Shown: positions 13,623 through 27,455 of the stretch, piece after piece | How positions within the stretch are numbered: position 1 is the stretch's first letter | Layout: each line of letters begins with the position of its first letter | DNA from: Lytechinus pictus | Lineage: Eukaryota | Length of the DNA stretch: 64,000 bases | NCBI RefSeq assembly: GCF_037042905.1 | Contig: NC_087252.1 | Coordinates: 16,122,001 to 16,186,000, forward strand | Direction of reading: 5' to 3' | Program-made: the position numbers and the translations under genes | The notes under the pieces: generated by a model | What the model saw: the letters and a program-made list of their open reading frames with translations, nothing else | Told to the model about the DNA's origin: nothing | The model's database searches: none

Positions 13623-14229
13623 AGGTTCTAAGACACAAAGGCCATCTTATTCTAGATATATATCTATTATAGTTTTACTTGAAAAATATGAATTTGAGTT
13701 CTTCCATGGAAATGAACTTCAACGGGAACGCCCACTAAAATTTTCGAAAAAGTCGGCCGATCGACCTGTCAATCATTGTGATGTCATCGAAGGAAGGCTT
13801 TCTCAGTTGTGTAGCCGGACCCCTAGTTATTGTACATGTTTCTTGTGTAGTTGCTCATCCTTAACAGATTTTAAAGATTTTTACGAGGTTTTGATCATGG
13901 CTGCAGCATGTCATCAGCTGCGTCTGATTCTTCATACTTTAAAGATTCATTACTTTGAATCCACGCCTGCAACCACAATAGCCACTTCACGCTCCAAACG
14001 TCAACAACACTCAGCAGCTTCCTTCCCCGACATCATAATGGTCACGAGATATACGAAACCAAAGTGGGCTGAATATTTGTGCGCGGGGTGAATTTGGCTC
14101 AATTTTCAATATAAAATTACCTTTGAACCTGATGTGGGATGTTTTTCGGGTAAAATTTTGATGAAATCGTTATAAGTAACCACTAAGCTAACGAATAAAT
14201 CAGCATCTTTGCTGTATTTCATGGGACCT
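13623..14229. mobile_element. Kolobok-like non-autonomous element
   Basis: ttaa|aggttct ... ggacct|ttaa; imperfect TIR. Confidence 0.55.
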
Positions 14230-14288
14230 TTAAACATCAATCAAGCCTTTTCTAGAACATAGGCTACATATGAACCAGTATATCTTAC

Positions 14289-14369
14289 CTTGTGTGGTCC
14301 AATGGTCTCGAGCTGTATCATGGTTAGTCATGTCTTCATCCACTTCTCGTTTGATGGTAATGGTTTTAC
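14289..14369 (-). CDS. Locus A 81-bp cassette exon (GKTITIKREVDEDMTNHDTARDHWTTQ)
   Basis: AG/GT splice sites; peptide lies inside ORF 14230-14436. Confidence 0.75.
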
Positions 14370-14580
14370 CTAGTATGAACAAATTAATTTTTATGAAATA
14401 TAAAGGATAACAAGAAAGTAGAATAAAATTCAGCAATTAATTTTGACATTGTAATTTTGTCAAAGATATACTAAGACCACAAAGATAATATTGACCGAAG
14501 GTTACTGTAGGCTTATTTGAATATTTGTAGAGCCAATGTCTATTTTGGTCTGGATTTTCAGCCTAAACTATAGCCTCACT

Positions 14581-14830
14581 GGACAGTTGCCCCGTCGACA
14601 CTTGCTCCGCCGATATTTGCTCCATCGACACTCGCTCTGCCGATATTTGCTCCGTCGACATCTGCTCCGCCGATATTTGCTCTGCCAACAATTGCTCCGC
14701 CGATAATTGTCTGCCGACATCTACTCCGATTATACAATTGCTCCGCCGATATTTGCTCCGCCGAAAATTGCTCCGCCGAAAATTGCTCCAATTATACGAC
14801 AATTGCTCCGCGACAATTTCTCCGCCGTCA
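14581..14830. repeat. 15-bp minisatellite (atttgctccgccgat-like), probably a transposon subterminal array
   Basis: About 16 tandem units; produces the spurious AEQIS repeat ORFs. Confidence 0.85.
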
Positions 14831-17361
14831 TGTGCTCTGATATTACAATTGCATGAACATATTACAATTGTTTTGTTGTTATTATTCATTAATGTTTTAT
14901 TTATTTATTTCATTCTCCCCCTATCATCACAGCTTTCTGCTTAAAAAAACAAATTGGTCTCCCTGCCGCTGCCACTTGACAAATTGTAACGCAGAATGGG
15001 AATGACACACTCCCAAATGAAAGTGAGAATCTGGATTTCATATATTATTATCATTGGTTTCATTCCGGTCTTGAGCGGGGAGAGAAGGGGGGGGGGGGTA
15101 CTGATCGAAAATGTACCTGTTAAGGACTGCTTGCACTTATCCATGAAGACATTACATATTTCAACAATCAAATAATGCGAGCGCGAAGCGCGAGCTGGAA
15201 AATTGTTACATTTCTACATAAAGAATGTAAAATTTTAATCAATTTTTTTTTTATAGTGAACATGATATGTATATAACTAAACAAAGTTTTTTTGTGTGTG
15301 TATTCTAACTCTAATACACACTTGAACTCATACTCGGTCTCAAACTCTATTCAATAACTAGGCATGTCTGCTTGGCTTGGAGTTACATTCACAACTGACT
15401 TTATTCTCTATACTAAACTACAATATATAATTCACAATAACATAGTTACATAATATTCGGAGGAAGGCAAAGTGATAAGGAAAGTATAAACAGATGGAGC
15501 TGAACAAGGGGTTGTTCATGGTGGGGGTAATACAGCATGGTCAATATTTACACAACTGGTCTAGGGGATAGAAATATGATGAAAGTGAGCTTGAGAACGT
15601 AGGTGGAAACAGTATTTGAGATAATGAGGCATGAATTAATAGCATGATAGAAGGACAGAATGAGAGTATGGTTTGATGAAGAATGAATGTGTGTATGAAC
15701 ACAATAGGAGTTAGACCTAAAAACGGGACACTAATAGGGGGTCTTCCTACATGTACATTAATAATTCGAGCACAAAGCGCAAGCAGAAAATTGTTGATAT
15801 TGTGATCTGAAACTGGATAATGATTTAAACAGAGAACAAGTTGGCTATCCGAATAAACATGCGCGCGCGTTTTATATTCATACCTAGAATCTAGGCATTC
15901 TAAATACATCTTTTGTCATGAAAATCAAAGCGAGCGCGAAGCGCAAGCTTAAAGTATTTGATATTCCGATCTGAAAAAAAAGAGTAAATTTCAGCTCTAT
16001 ATTAAAGCAGTTTTTAGGAAAAATGTGAGGTGGACATGGATCGCACTTCATAAAGAGCTGATCTTTAATTATTATTTGAGTTTTAACATAGGACCGGGAC
16101 ATCCTTAAGACATGCATATGAAAGTGATGACTATCTTCCTATTCCTCTTGCTAAGTGCGAGATGAAACAAAAGCGACAATTTTTATATTAATTTCTTATT
16201 CACTAATGCCTAATGAGGGCGTGAAATCTGATGATATTATGGCCTGAAAACATGACATTTCAAGTACTTCTGTAATTATGAATAGGATACATCAAGTTAA
16301 TATATTTTAACCATTAATGTGAGTGCAAATTGCGAGAGTCTTGCATGTAAACTTTAACGTTGACCTGAAAATGACCTTTGACCTTACCATGTGACCTCCG
16401 ACTGCAGCATAACATGCAAGTCCCCAAAGTCCATCTACCATCAAAGTTTGGTTGAAAAGTGACTTACGGTTGCAGAGTTAGGTGTCATAAGAGAGTCCTG
16501 CATGTAAACTTTAACGTTGACCTGAAAATGACCTTTCACCTAACCATGTGACCTCCGACTACAGCATAACATGCAGGTCCCCCAAGTCCATCTACCATCA
16601 AAGTTGGTTGAAAAGTGACTTACCGTTGCGGAGTTAGGTGTCATAAGAGAGTCTTGCATGTAAACTTTAACGTTGACCTGAAAATGACCTTTCACCTAAC
16701 CATGTGACCTCCGACTACAGCATAACATGCAGGTCCCCCAAGTCCATCTACCATCAAAGTTGGTTGAAAACTGACTTACCGTTGCGGAGTTAGGTGTCAT
16801 AAGAGAGTCTTGCATGTAAACTTTAACGTTGACCTGAAAATTATCTTTGACCTTACCATGCGACCTCCGACTACAGCATAACATGCAGGTCCCCCAAGTC
16901 CATCTACCATCAAAGTTGGTTGAAAAGTGACTTACCGTTGCGGAGTTAGGTGTCATAAGAGAGTCTTGCATGTAAACTTTAACGTTGACCTGAAAATGAC
17001 CTTTGACCTTACCATGTGACCTCTGACTACAGCATAACATGCAGGTCCCCCAAGTCCATCTACCATCAAAGTTTGGTTGAAAAGTGACTTACGGTTGCAG
17101 AGTTAGGTGTCATAAGAGAGTCTTGCATGTAAACTTTAACGTTGACCTGAACATTATCTGTGACCTTACCATGTCACCTCTGACTGCAGCACAACATCCA
17201 AGTCCCCCAACGCCATTACATAAATAAAGGAAAACCCGGACGATCTCAGGTTAGGGGTGAAGGTAGTTTATTACCGTGACCGAGTCAACCATGACGTATG
17301 GAACGCCATACGAATCACAAACAATTAACACATATAGTGGCGTGACCACTTTTTCTCCTTC

Positions 17362-20142
17362 TAGTCCAGGATAGAAGAGGCATAACCTTGTTTTTTCATA
17401 TATACAATATTTTTTCATGGTTTCTTGTCAATTCGAGGGTGCTGATTACGAATATGAATGATGCCACTTGTGTAACCTTGAGCATTTTCCGCAAATTGGC
17501 AAAATCCAATATGGCCGACAAAATATGCAAATTACCCATGAAAATCATAAAATTGCCAGCAGACTGGCTACAAAATGTATTTCATTGTGTTGCAGGAGTG
17601 AAATAATCTCTGAAAAAACGATTTTTGAAAATAATATTTATTTTCTTCATATTCAAAATGGCCGCCATATACCCTATTATGTACAATGTGAATAGGGAAA
17701 AATATTTTTCACAAAAATATTCCCTAAACTGCAAGTAATTGTGATATATGGACGAAGTAATGTATGTAAATCATTAATGTTAACAAGATATATCATTTAT
17801 CATGTCATGTATGGGAAAATTGTTGTATTTTATATTCAAAATAGCCGCTACTGGCCCAAAAAGTATTATGTACTACAGCAAAGGGGGCAAAAACAAATCA
17901 CAAGAGTGAGCACTAAAATGCATATTATTAAAGTAAACGAGTGGAATGCTGACTAAAAACATAATTGTTCACAAAATATATTATTTAATATGCCATGTAT
18001 GTGATAAATGTTGTATTTTGATATTCAAAATGGCCGCCAAAGGCCCTAAAAGTATTATGTACAATGGGAAAGAGGACCAATGAAATCACAAGAGTGAGCA
18101 CTGAAATGCATTTATTTGTGATAAATAATTGGGATACTGTCTAAAAAAACATAATTTTTAACGAAATATATCATTCAGGTTTTAAGTTTGTGTTATGATA
18201 CTTTATTTTGACTTTCAAAATGGCCGCCATAGACATATATTGTATTATGTACAATGCGAACTAGGAAATCAATTTTCACAGGAGTGAGCACCATAAATGC
18301 ACGTAATTCTTATCTATGAGTAAAATATTGTCTGAAAGTACAATTTCTAACAAAATATATCAGTTCTCCTGCCAGGTAGGTGAAAATACTGCATTTTGAA
18401 AGTCAAAATGGCCGCTACAGGCCCTAACATTATTATGTACAATGTGAATGGGGACAAATGATTTTAACAGATTTTCGCTTTGCTTGACTAAAAGGTGGTG
18501 TACGAGTGAAATATTGTCTAAAAACATGATTACTCACGAAATATATCATATTATATAAAATTTATGTGATTAATGTATATTTCAAAATTGAAAATGGCCG
18601 CCATATGCCCTTTTGTGAAAATTCTCTGTCCTCATTCAAATTGTACATTATACAGTAAGGGCCTATGGCGGCCATTTACGATTTCAGAATGCAGCATTTG
18701 CCACCTTAATTACACCAGATATGATATATCTCGTTAGTAACCATGGTTTTAGACAATATTTCACTCTTACATCACAATTATATGCAATTCTTATAGTCAA
18801 GCAAAGCCAAATTCTGTCGAAATTATATGTACCAAATTACAATGTACATAATACTTTTAGGGCCTATGACAGCCATTTTGAATTTCAAAGTACAGCATTT
18901 ATTACCTCCATGAGCAACATGGGATGTATTTATTTAGAAATCATATTTAAGACAATATTTTTACTCGTACATCACAGCAACATGCATATTTTATGATTAC
19001 CACTCAGTGAAAATAAGTTTCCCTAAACGCATGTAGCATAATTTAGTTAAGGCTTGTAGCGGCTATTTCGAATGTCAAAATACAGTATATATCACTTACA
19101 TGGCAGAAGAAATGCTATATTTCATAAAAATCATGCTTTCAAATAATATTTTACTCATACAAAAGGATTATATGGATTTCATAGTCAAGCAAATCCAAAT
19201 TCTTACAAAATTACATGTCCCCATTTACATTGTAGATAATGCTGTTAGGGCCTATAGGGGCCATTTTGAATTTAACAATACAGCATTTATCTCATGCATG
19301 ACTAGAGAAATGATATGTTTAGCTAGAAAACGTGTTTTCAGACTATATTTTACTCGTATATCACAATTACATGCATTTTATGTACTTATTCTCGTGAAAA
19401 TGAGTTTCTCCATTCGCATTGTACATAATGTATAATGGGCATATGGCGGCCATTTTGAATTTCAAAATACAGCATTCATCACATAAATTGCATCTCAAAT
19501 ATTATATTCCGTTAAAATTGAATTTTTAGCCAATATGCCACTCGCTTATCTTAATAATATGCATTTTAGTACTCACTCTTGTGATTTTCTTTTGTCCCCA
19601 TTAACATTATACATAATACTGTCAGGGCGTTTGGTGGCTTTTTGAATACTAAAATGCTTCATTTATTACACACATGACATAACAAATGATATATTTCGTT
19701 AGCAATCATGTTTTCATCCATTACTTCACAAAAAATCACAATTACTTGCATTTAGTGCTCACTTTTGTGAAAATTATTTTCCCCATTCATATTGTACATA
19801 AAGTTGAATACAGCGGTCTATGGCGGCCATTTTAAATATCAAGAAAATACATATTTTTTCAAAAATCGTTTTTTCAGAGAGTATTTCACTCCTGCAACAC
19901 AATTACATACATTTTATAGCCTATATATATATAGTGGCAGTTTTATGATTTTCATGGGTAACTTGCATATTTAGGCGGCCATATTAGATTTTGCCAATTT
20001 GCGGAAAATGCTCAAGGTTACACGAGTGGCATCATTCAGATTCGTAATCAGCACCCTCGAATTGACAAGAAACCATGAACAAATATTGTATATATGAAAA
20101 AACAAGGTTTGGACAATTTTCTATGGGGCCTATCCTGGACTA
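17362..20142. mobile_element. Academ-like non-autonomous foldback element, copy 1
   Basis: tagtccaggatag...ctatcctggacta termini, long imperfect inverted arms, 3-bp TSD TTC. Confidence 0.85.
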
Positions 20143-20536
20143 TTCCCGTGATTATTTAAGAGTACATACATTTGCAACAAGCAAATCCAGAAATTTATAC
20201 AACACGAAAGCTAACAGCTAACTATTGAATTAAAACTTAGTATACAGCTCTACGCCTGAATGACAAAACATGCATTTCCTCCTTAAACTGAAGCAAACTA
20301 AAGAATCATTTCAATCTTACTTTTCCATTTGCAACTACCAACTCCAATTGTACTAACACCAATCTTAAAAATGAAAATAAAAAAAAACTGCTAATTGAAT
20401 AGCCTCTTGATACATGTATATATAAATGTCTTTTAACTAACAACTTAAGATGGACATTGATAGGCAATACATGGTAACACACCTAAACTCTATACCTGGC
20501 TAAAACTTTTACTAAAAATTAAATTAAACAACTTAA

Positions 20537-21133
20537 AGGGGAATCCAGCCTTGGCCATAAAATGTTGTGTTGGGAAGCAGAAAAATAAATTAAACAGAAT
20601 GGTGAAAGTTTGAAAGAAATCGGACAAGCGATAAGAAAGTTATAGCTGCTTTAAAATTGAGATCACTAATACTATGTAGATTTCAAAATTGGCAACTGGT
20701 AAGTAAATTATGACAAGGGGCAAGGACAACTTTCACATAGGCCATGTACTTTATTATCAGGGATTCGTGGTTTTCTCCTAAGTATCCATTCCCCTGGGGC
20801 AGTAATCTAAATATAACCCAGGTGGTATATTGTTTTTATATCCTCATAAAAGAAAAATATAATTTGAAATAAAACTTTTGGGAAAAATTACATTTTAGCC
20901 ATAATATGTATTGGAGTACATGGAAGAGTAGTCCTTGCCTTACATCACTATGACATCCCATATGAGGCCAATTTGAAGTCTCCATGGGTATAGTGATTAC
21001 CATTATTAACAACTTTTAAACAATTCATAACTTTCTTGTTGTTTGTCCAATATTGTTAAAACTTTCACCTATCAACTTGTCTGATTTTTCTTTTCCTTAT
21101 AAAAACAAGTTTTTATTTGGGTTGGATTCCCCT
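20537..21133. mobile_element. Kolobok-like MITE
   Basis: ttaa|aggggaatcca ... tggattcccct|ttaa. Confidence 0.85.
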
Positions 21134-23607
21134 TTAAACTGTTTTCAGTTCAGACTTTCAATATGCTTAACTTATTACATAAACCAATCTGCCAATTACT
21201 GACGCCAAGAAATGATACACAAACAATATCAAGAAGCATATTATTAGTTGAACAAAATGCATAAGGGCCTAAAAGTCAAACAAATATAAATACATGTATG
21301 AGCTACTAAACAATCAAAATACACAAGTCACCCTTTCTCTCTATCTTCCCAAAAGGAGAAAATCCATACACCCTATATGTATATATATGTATAAAAGAAA
21401 AACCTGCAGCAAGACCTAAAGACACAAAATAATCAATTTCCATACGATCAAATAGTCATGTACCTGAAATAATAAAAAGGAAACATATGAAACAAACATA
21501 CACGTTTAAAAAAGTTGGCACAAAGACAGTAAATAAACATAATCAACCAGTAAGAAAATATCTGTGCTCACTGCAGTAAATCGACTGGAAAAAAACTGTG
21601 CTTAAACAACTTATCACTACACTCTGCACAGAGGGCACTATGCTGTACATGTAAAAGACAATGTATAAGAGCAAAGTGTTAACAACTGGCACAGTCAACA
21701 CCAACAACATATAACATCATGAAAGTCATGTCATAAATGTAAGTATAAAACAAAGGCAGAGCATTATAAAGGCATACAATTTTATGTAGCGACCATATCA
21801 ATATTCGCAGTCAAAGAAAAATGAAAAAAAGGGGACAATGTTATTATCGTTATAAAAATACAAAGTATAGATGCAATCAACAGACAAGTGCATTCATGAA
21901 AAACATCAGCAATTATACAGTCTTTCATGCCTATGAGTAACCAATCAACTAACACATGCACCAATCTCACAACCAAGCTACTGTACTGCGAATCCACACT
22001 AAATGTAACAAACAACCATCATCAAAAGTCACAAATCATAAATGATGAACAAACAGACATCCGAAAATAAGACAATCATCGAGCTATACATGTACAAGCA
22101 AAATAACGGGGAAACAAAAGTTTAAAGATTCAAGGTTATAACTCGTGGAAAACAAAGTCCAGATGACAAAAGTAGCAGTCCTGTAGGCTGTCCTGTATAG
22201 GCACCAATCACGTGGGGTCAAAGTCCAGTAGAATGTGGGGGAGGGGCTCTTCAACGAGGCGAGGCCAACCAAAACCATGGCAGATTCCTGAATGTCCATT
22301 GTGTATCCATTGTGTAATCTGGTGAAGGGCAGTGAGAGTTCTCTTGGACAAAGAAGGTAATCCGGCTTCCGGTGATGGCGGCCGGGACCCATGGTTCCAG
22401 GGGGTAAGACTCCAGGTACGGTAGGCGTCACAGCAGGTAGGACCAGGAGAGGAAGAAAGGCTAGGGTCAAGCAGACTGACCAGTGAAAAAGGCTCAACTG
22501 AAGGCCATCCAGTATGGTGAAGATCCGCATCTTCCAGACGTGGGCCATATGAATCACGATAGTTACCATGCCTGGTGTCTGTAGTTAAGGCATGAACAGT
22601 AGCATCAGGAGGATACGTAGGCTCAAGCGTGGCATAGTTGTCATAGTAACGAATGTTGGGAACTGAGCACACGGGCTCAACGACACGAGAAGCGTGCGGG
22701 CCGCGATCTATAGACATTGACACAAACCTAGTAGTGATAGAGGCATGCCGGCTATGCACCTCTAGAAATGTCCTATACGAACGGTCAACGCTGTAGTACT
22801 CTGTGTAAGTATTCGAAGCGGTGACAGTGTGGTTGACAGATAGGTTACATCTGCTAGAGCTGCTATGATATGACTCAACGACCGATCTGTTGACCACAAA
22901 GAGACCTGTTGTTCGTCTACGACCAACAACATGGCTACGACAGTACGACTCGAATGCTAGTCTGCGATTGGCATAGTAGCTGCGATATGATGCGCTTCTG
23001 CAAGACGAATTGGATACCGAAGCGTGTTTGGCACGACTGTCGCGATGGGAATCGGCTATGGTCTTATCATCGATATTGTATGTAGTAACCGAACAATTAG
23101 GCATGCAACGATCTGTTGTACGATTCTCTTGCGAGTAACCTTCAGGGAAAGCCACAACATCGGAGTGCTCAACACCGTCATGTGACGAACTAACAGACCC
23201 AGAGCTATGCTCAGTAAGAAAGACCGGAGGACTTGGAACATTGACATGTTCCTCTCGAGACATGCTAGCAAACCGACAATACACAGCCAAGAAACCAACA
23301 GCAACAGGATTGCTGTAAACATCAATAACTGTATGAGGGAGTTCATAGGCATTGGGGGTGCTTGCAACACAATTTGGTTTGCAATTGATGTAATGATATG
23401 TGTCTGAGAGATCGTGTTCAGTGTTAGGCATGATGTCATTACTTATACCTTGTAAGATTTTGGCATTGTTGTACTCATGTATTTTCTTAGACATTTTATT
23501 GAGGTTAAGTACTGAATCGACCTCACTTTCATCTTCATTCATGGTTTCATGTGAGAGGTTGTCACTTATCATATCACCAACAATCCCATGTAAGATGTTA
23601 TGACATA

Positions 23608-25113
23608 CCCAGAAGGAAAAACCAGTAAGACCAGTAATAATTTTTACTGGTTTCCAGTAGAATTTTACTGGTTTCCAGTATATTTTTACTGGGCCAGTTG
23701 ATTTTTAACTGGACCAGTAAAAATCAACCGGAGACCAGTTCCAACAATTGCATTCCAGTTGAAGCAATTAGTAATACCATTTAAATAGTTTTTCATCAAA
23801 CTGGTGTTACTGGTCCAATAAATGGTTTCCAGTAGATTTTTACTGGTTTCCAGTATATTTTTACTGGGCCAGTTGATTTTTAACTGGACCAGTAAAAATC
23901 AAATGGAGACCAGTTCCAACAATTGCATTCCAGTTGAAGCAATTAGTAATACCAGTTCAATTGTTTTTCATCAAACTGGTGCTACTGGTCCAATAAATGG
24001 TTTCCAGTAGATTTTTACTGGTTTCCAGTATATGTTTACTGGACCAGTTGATTTTTAACTGGACCAGTAAAAATCAACTGGAGACCAGTTCAAACAATTG
24101 CATTCCAGTTGAAGCAAAGTAGTAATACCAATTAAATTGTTTTTCATCAAACTGGTGTTACTGGTCCAATAAATAATGACTTTATTTCAAGTCAGATCAT
24201 TTGAAGAATTATGGAAAATGAATCTTGCATTTCAGAGAAAGTTATTATCGTTATCGATTGTTATTATCATTCTTCTAATAATTATCATAATTATTATTTT
24301 TATGATTATTATGATCATTGTTGTTATCATTCTTATTACTGTTATCGTTGTTATTGATATTGTAATTATTATTAATAATATTATCATAATTATCAAGTAT
24401 TAACATTATCATTAAAATAATTATTATATTATATTATATTATGATTAAGAGCAAGATATATTCCTCTGATATAGTCAACTGGTCTAAAGTAATTCATTTT
24501 TTAAATTGAACTGGTCAAGACCAGTAATACCAGTAATTCTGATGATGCTGATCACGTGGTTTACCGTATTTGCATATTTCCTGTTTTTAAAAGAAAAATC
24601 AGGATTTAGAATGGAATATCCTTGCAATGGCACTCATTGTTGTTTAAAAACTTTCTAAATAAGTGTGTGAACTAATTCACAATGAAAATGTGTAATTTCA
24701 TATATCACATTTAAAATAACAGCAGAAAGATTAATTTACTAACCATCTTTTCCATCACATTTCACTGACCATGGTATATAAAAAACCAAATGCATGTAAT
24801 AAATTGATCCAGTAAGACCAGTACGAGGACCAGTTCGACCAGTTCGAGGACCAGTAGAAAATACCAGTAACGACCAGCTTAAATTGGATACCAGTGTGGA
24901 GACCAGTGAGACCAGTAACCAACCACCAGAAACAAGACCAGTATAAAATTCCAGTAATTCAAGACCAGTTTGATTTTTAACTGGACCAGTAAAATTTTAT
25001 AACTGGACCAGTATGACCAGTTAGACCAGTAAACTGATGTTCCAATTTCCAGAGTTACCAGTTAAAATTCTACTGGTCTAACTGGTCCAGTGGAACTGGT
25101 TTTTCCTTCTGGG
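23608..25113. mobile_element. EnSpm/CACTA-like non-autonomous element (CCC...GGG ends, TA TSD)
   Basis: Perfect TIR cccagaaggaaaaaccagt; many accagt/actggt subterminal motifs; three 175-bp internal repeats; (ATT)n tract at 24245-24445. Confidence 0.85.
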
Positions 25114-25117
25114 TATC

Positions 25118-25460
25118 ATGTCACTTTCACTCATCATGTCACCTTCATTCTCATGTAAGATGTTATCATCACTCATCATGTCACCTTCATACTCATGTAA
25201 GATGTTATCACTCATTGTGTCACCTTCATTCTCATGTAAGATGTTATCATCACTCATTGTGTCACCTTCATTCTCATGTAAGATGTTATCATCACTCATC
25301 GTGTCAACTTCATTCTCATGTAAGATGTTATCATCACTCATCCTGTCACCTTCATTATCATGTAAGATATCATCACTTGTGTCACCTTCATTCTCAAGTG
25401 AGATGTTATCAATACTCATCGTGTCACCTTCATTTTCATGTAAGATATTATCATCACTCT
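25118..25460. repeat. 42-bp coding minisatellite (SDDNILHENEGDTM)
   Basis: About 8-9 tandem units within ORF 25078-26247. Confidence 0.9.
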
Positions 25461-27374
25461 CATATCCAGAATCCTGGTAACCATCGTTACAGACACTGAG
25501 GGGTGCACCACACTCATGTTCACTCACTGTCACATCACAATGAGAGAAAGCTTCACTCAACATGCATGCATTGGATGTATCAACAATCGCACATTCAATC
25601 TCGTTCTCAGTCTTGTCATCAAGACAAACTGTTGGATTATCCCGCTCTCTCTCATGTTTGTATTGTATAAAGCTACCGTTTGTATGCTGTGGTTGTGTGA
25701 GATCTGTAGGCTGGTGTTCATTGGAATCGTGGTAAATGAACTCAAGTCCAAAGTCACCAAATGTTATTAAACCTTTGGAAGGCCTAACCATCACATCATT
25801 GTGCTCCATGAACGGTGCACCAACGAGGATATCACCTCTGAGACCTAGACCTACAAACGCGTCATCTGCAATCACTAAACCATCAAACCATAGGTTATAA
25901 TCTTCGTAAGATAGCACAAAAGAACTACTGCCAATCACACTCGACCTGGGAATGGGGAATCCCCCAACCGAAGGAATGTTATCATCAGCATCAGACTCGG
26001 AAAAATCAACACTGTCATAATCAACAACATCAAATTCAATATCACAATGATCAACAACTGATTTGCTCACCACATTAATGGTACAACCACTTCGTACCTC
26101 TACTTGTACGAAGCAATCACTCTCCTGCTGCCCCTGCACGACAGCAGGAAAATGGGGGGCTGGAGCGCGCCGCCTCTTCGACGCATCACCAAAAATGGGC
26201 CCGGTCACGTCAATGGCGCATCGCTGCGTTGATGCAAATCCATACATCTTCAGAAGTATGTGGGACTACGATTCACCTAAGAAAAAGAGCTAACCTGACA
26301 TTATCACGAAAAAGTTACATTCGAGCGCCCGGTCCCACGGATTGGATAAAGTTCCCTAGGTGCCTGGAATAACACTGAGTCGAATGGTCTAGGTTCAGAT
26401 CCCGACGGTGCCACCACGCCATTACATAAATAAAGGAAAACCCGGACGATCTCAGGTTAGGGGTGAAGGTAGTTTATTACCGTGACCGAGTCAACCATGA
26501 CGTATGGAACGCCATACGAATCACAAACAATTAACACATATAGTGGCGCAAGTCCATCTACCATCAAAGTTTGGTTGAAAAGTGACTCACCGTTGCGGAG
26601 TTAGGTGTCATAAGAGAGTCTTGCATGTAAACTTTAACGTTGACCTGAAAATGACCTTTGACCTTACCATGTGACCTCCGACTACAGCATAACATGCAGG
26701 TCCCCCAAGTCCATCTACCATCAAAGTTGGTTGAAAAGTGACTTACCGTTGCGGAGTTAGGTGTCTTAAGAGAGTCTTGCATGTAAACTTTAACGTTGAC
26801 CTGAAAATGACCTTTCACCTAACCATGTGACCTCCGACTACAGCATAACATGCAGGTCCCCCAAGTCCATCTACCATCAAAGTTGGTTGAAAAGTGACTT
26901 ACCGTTGCGGAGTTAGGTGTCATAAGAGAGTCTTGCATGTAAACTTTAACGTTGACCTGAAAATGACCTTTGACCTTACCATGTGACCCCCGACTACAGC
27001 ATAATATGCAGGTCCCCTAAGTCCATCTACCATCAAAGTTTGGTTGAGAAGTGACTTACGGTTGTGGAGTTATGTGTCATTAGGTTTGTGACGGACGGAC
27101 GACATTTGGATCCCTTAGTCTCGCCTTTACCGCAAGACAATAACGAATCAAATTATTTTACATTAACTCTTTTACATACAATCTTTTACATATATTCATT
27201 CTTTTTACATCTTGTCCTTTAACATATAAACAATTTTATAAAAAGACAACCACTACTAGTGATCCCTATTTCATAAAATAATTTTAAAATAACGACACAG
27301 AACTTAGTTAAATCTTGACCATTTTACTGGGATGCACTTTTTAACAAAACAAAACAAACAAAAGTTCATCTCAC

Positions 27375-27455
27375 CTTGTACAAAATAATCGTCCTGGTAT
27401 GTTTCCTTGTCCATTATGACTCTACCTTCTTCTGATTTTAAGATGATGGTTTGAC
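27375..27455 (-). CDS. Locus A 81-bp exon (GQTIILKSEEGRVIMDKETYQDDYFVQ)
   Basis: ctag| acceptor and |gtgag donor; counterpart of 54468-54548 in locus B. Confidence 0.7.

Larger units (their letters stand above)
22208..26247 (-). pseudogene. 843-aa ORF of the LTR element, split by an EnSpm-like insertion
   Basis: ORFs 25078-26247 and 22208-23572 join in frame when 23608-25113 plus one TA is removed; Gypsy protease-like segment DILVGAPFMEHNDVMVRPSK. Confidence 0.7.
17211..26548 (-). mobile_element. Non-autonomous LTR retrotransposon (Gypsy-like remnant ORF) with 132-bp LTRs
   Basis: Apparently identical direct repeats at 17211-17342 and 26417-26548. PBS TGGTGGCACCGTCGGGATC next to the 5' LTR, polypurine tract before the 3' LTR, AATAAA within the LTR, CAA duplication of the host repeat. 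Confidence 0.85.
16335..27140 (+). mobile_element. HINE/Helentron-like element with about nine 156-bp tandem units, split by the LTR element
   Basis: Units at about 16335-17210 and 26549-27085 containing tgacctttgacctt, followed by an (acgg)n microsatellite at 27091 and a short gtctcg...gcaagac hairpin. Confidence 0.7.

Noticed and set aside
14563..14944. AEQIS / pentapeptide-repeat ORFs
   Set aside because: Translation of a 15-bp minisatellite
16335..17210. CRISPR-like regular repeats (also 14581-14830 and 23640-24170)
   Set aside because: Head-to-tail tandem units with no unique spacers, no cas genes, eukaryotic context
24176..24403. Ile-rich ORF resembling a membrane protein
   Set aside because: (ATT)n low-complexity tract inside a transposon
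26380..26416. tRNA gene (GTTC...CCA-like sequence)
   Set aside because: Only the 3' portion is present and it abuts the LTR, so it is a primer-binding site
1550..27455. PRDM9 identity for the minisatellite-like finger array
   Set aside because: No PR/SET, KRAB or SSXRD exon is recognisable in either locus
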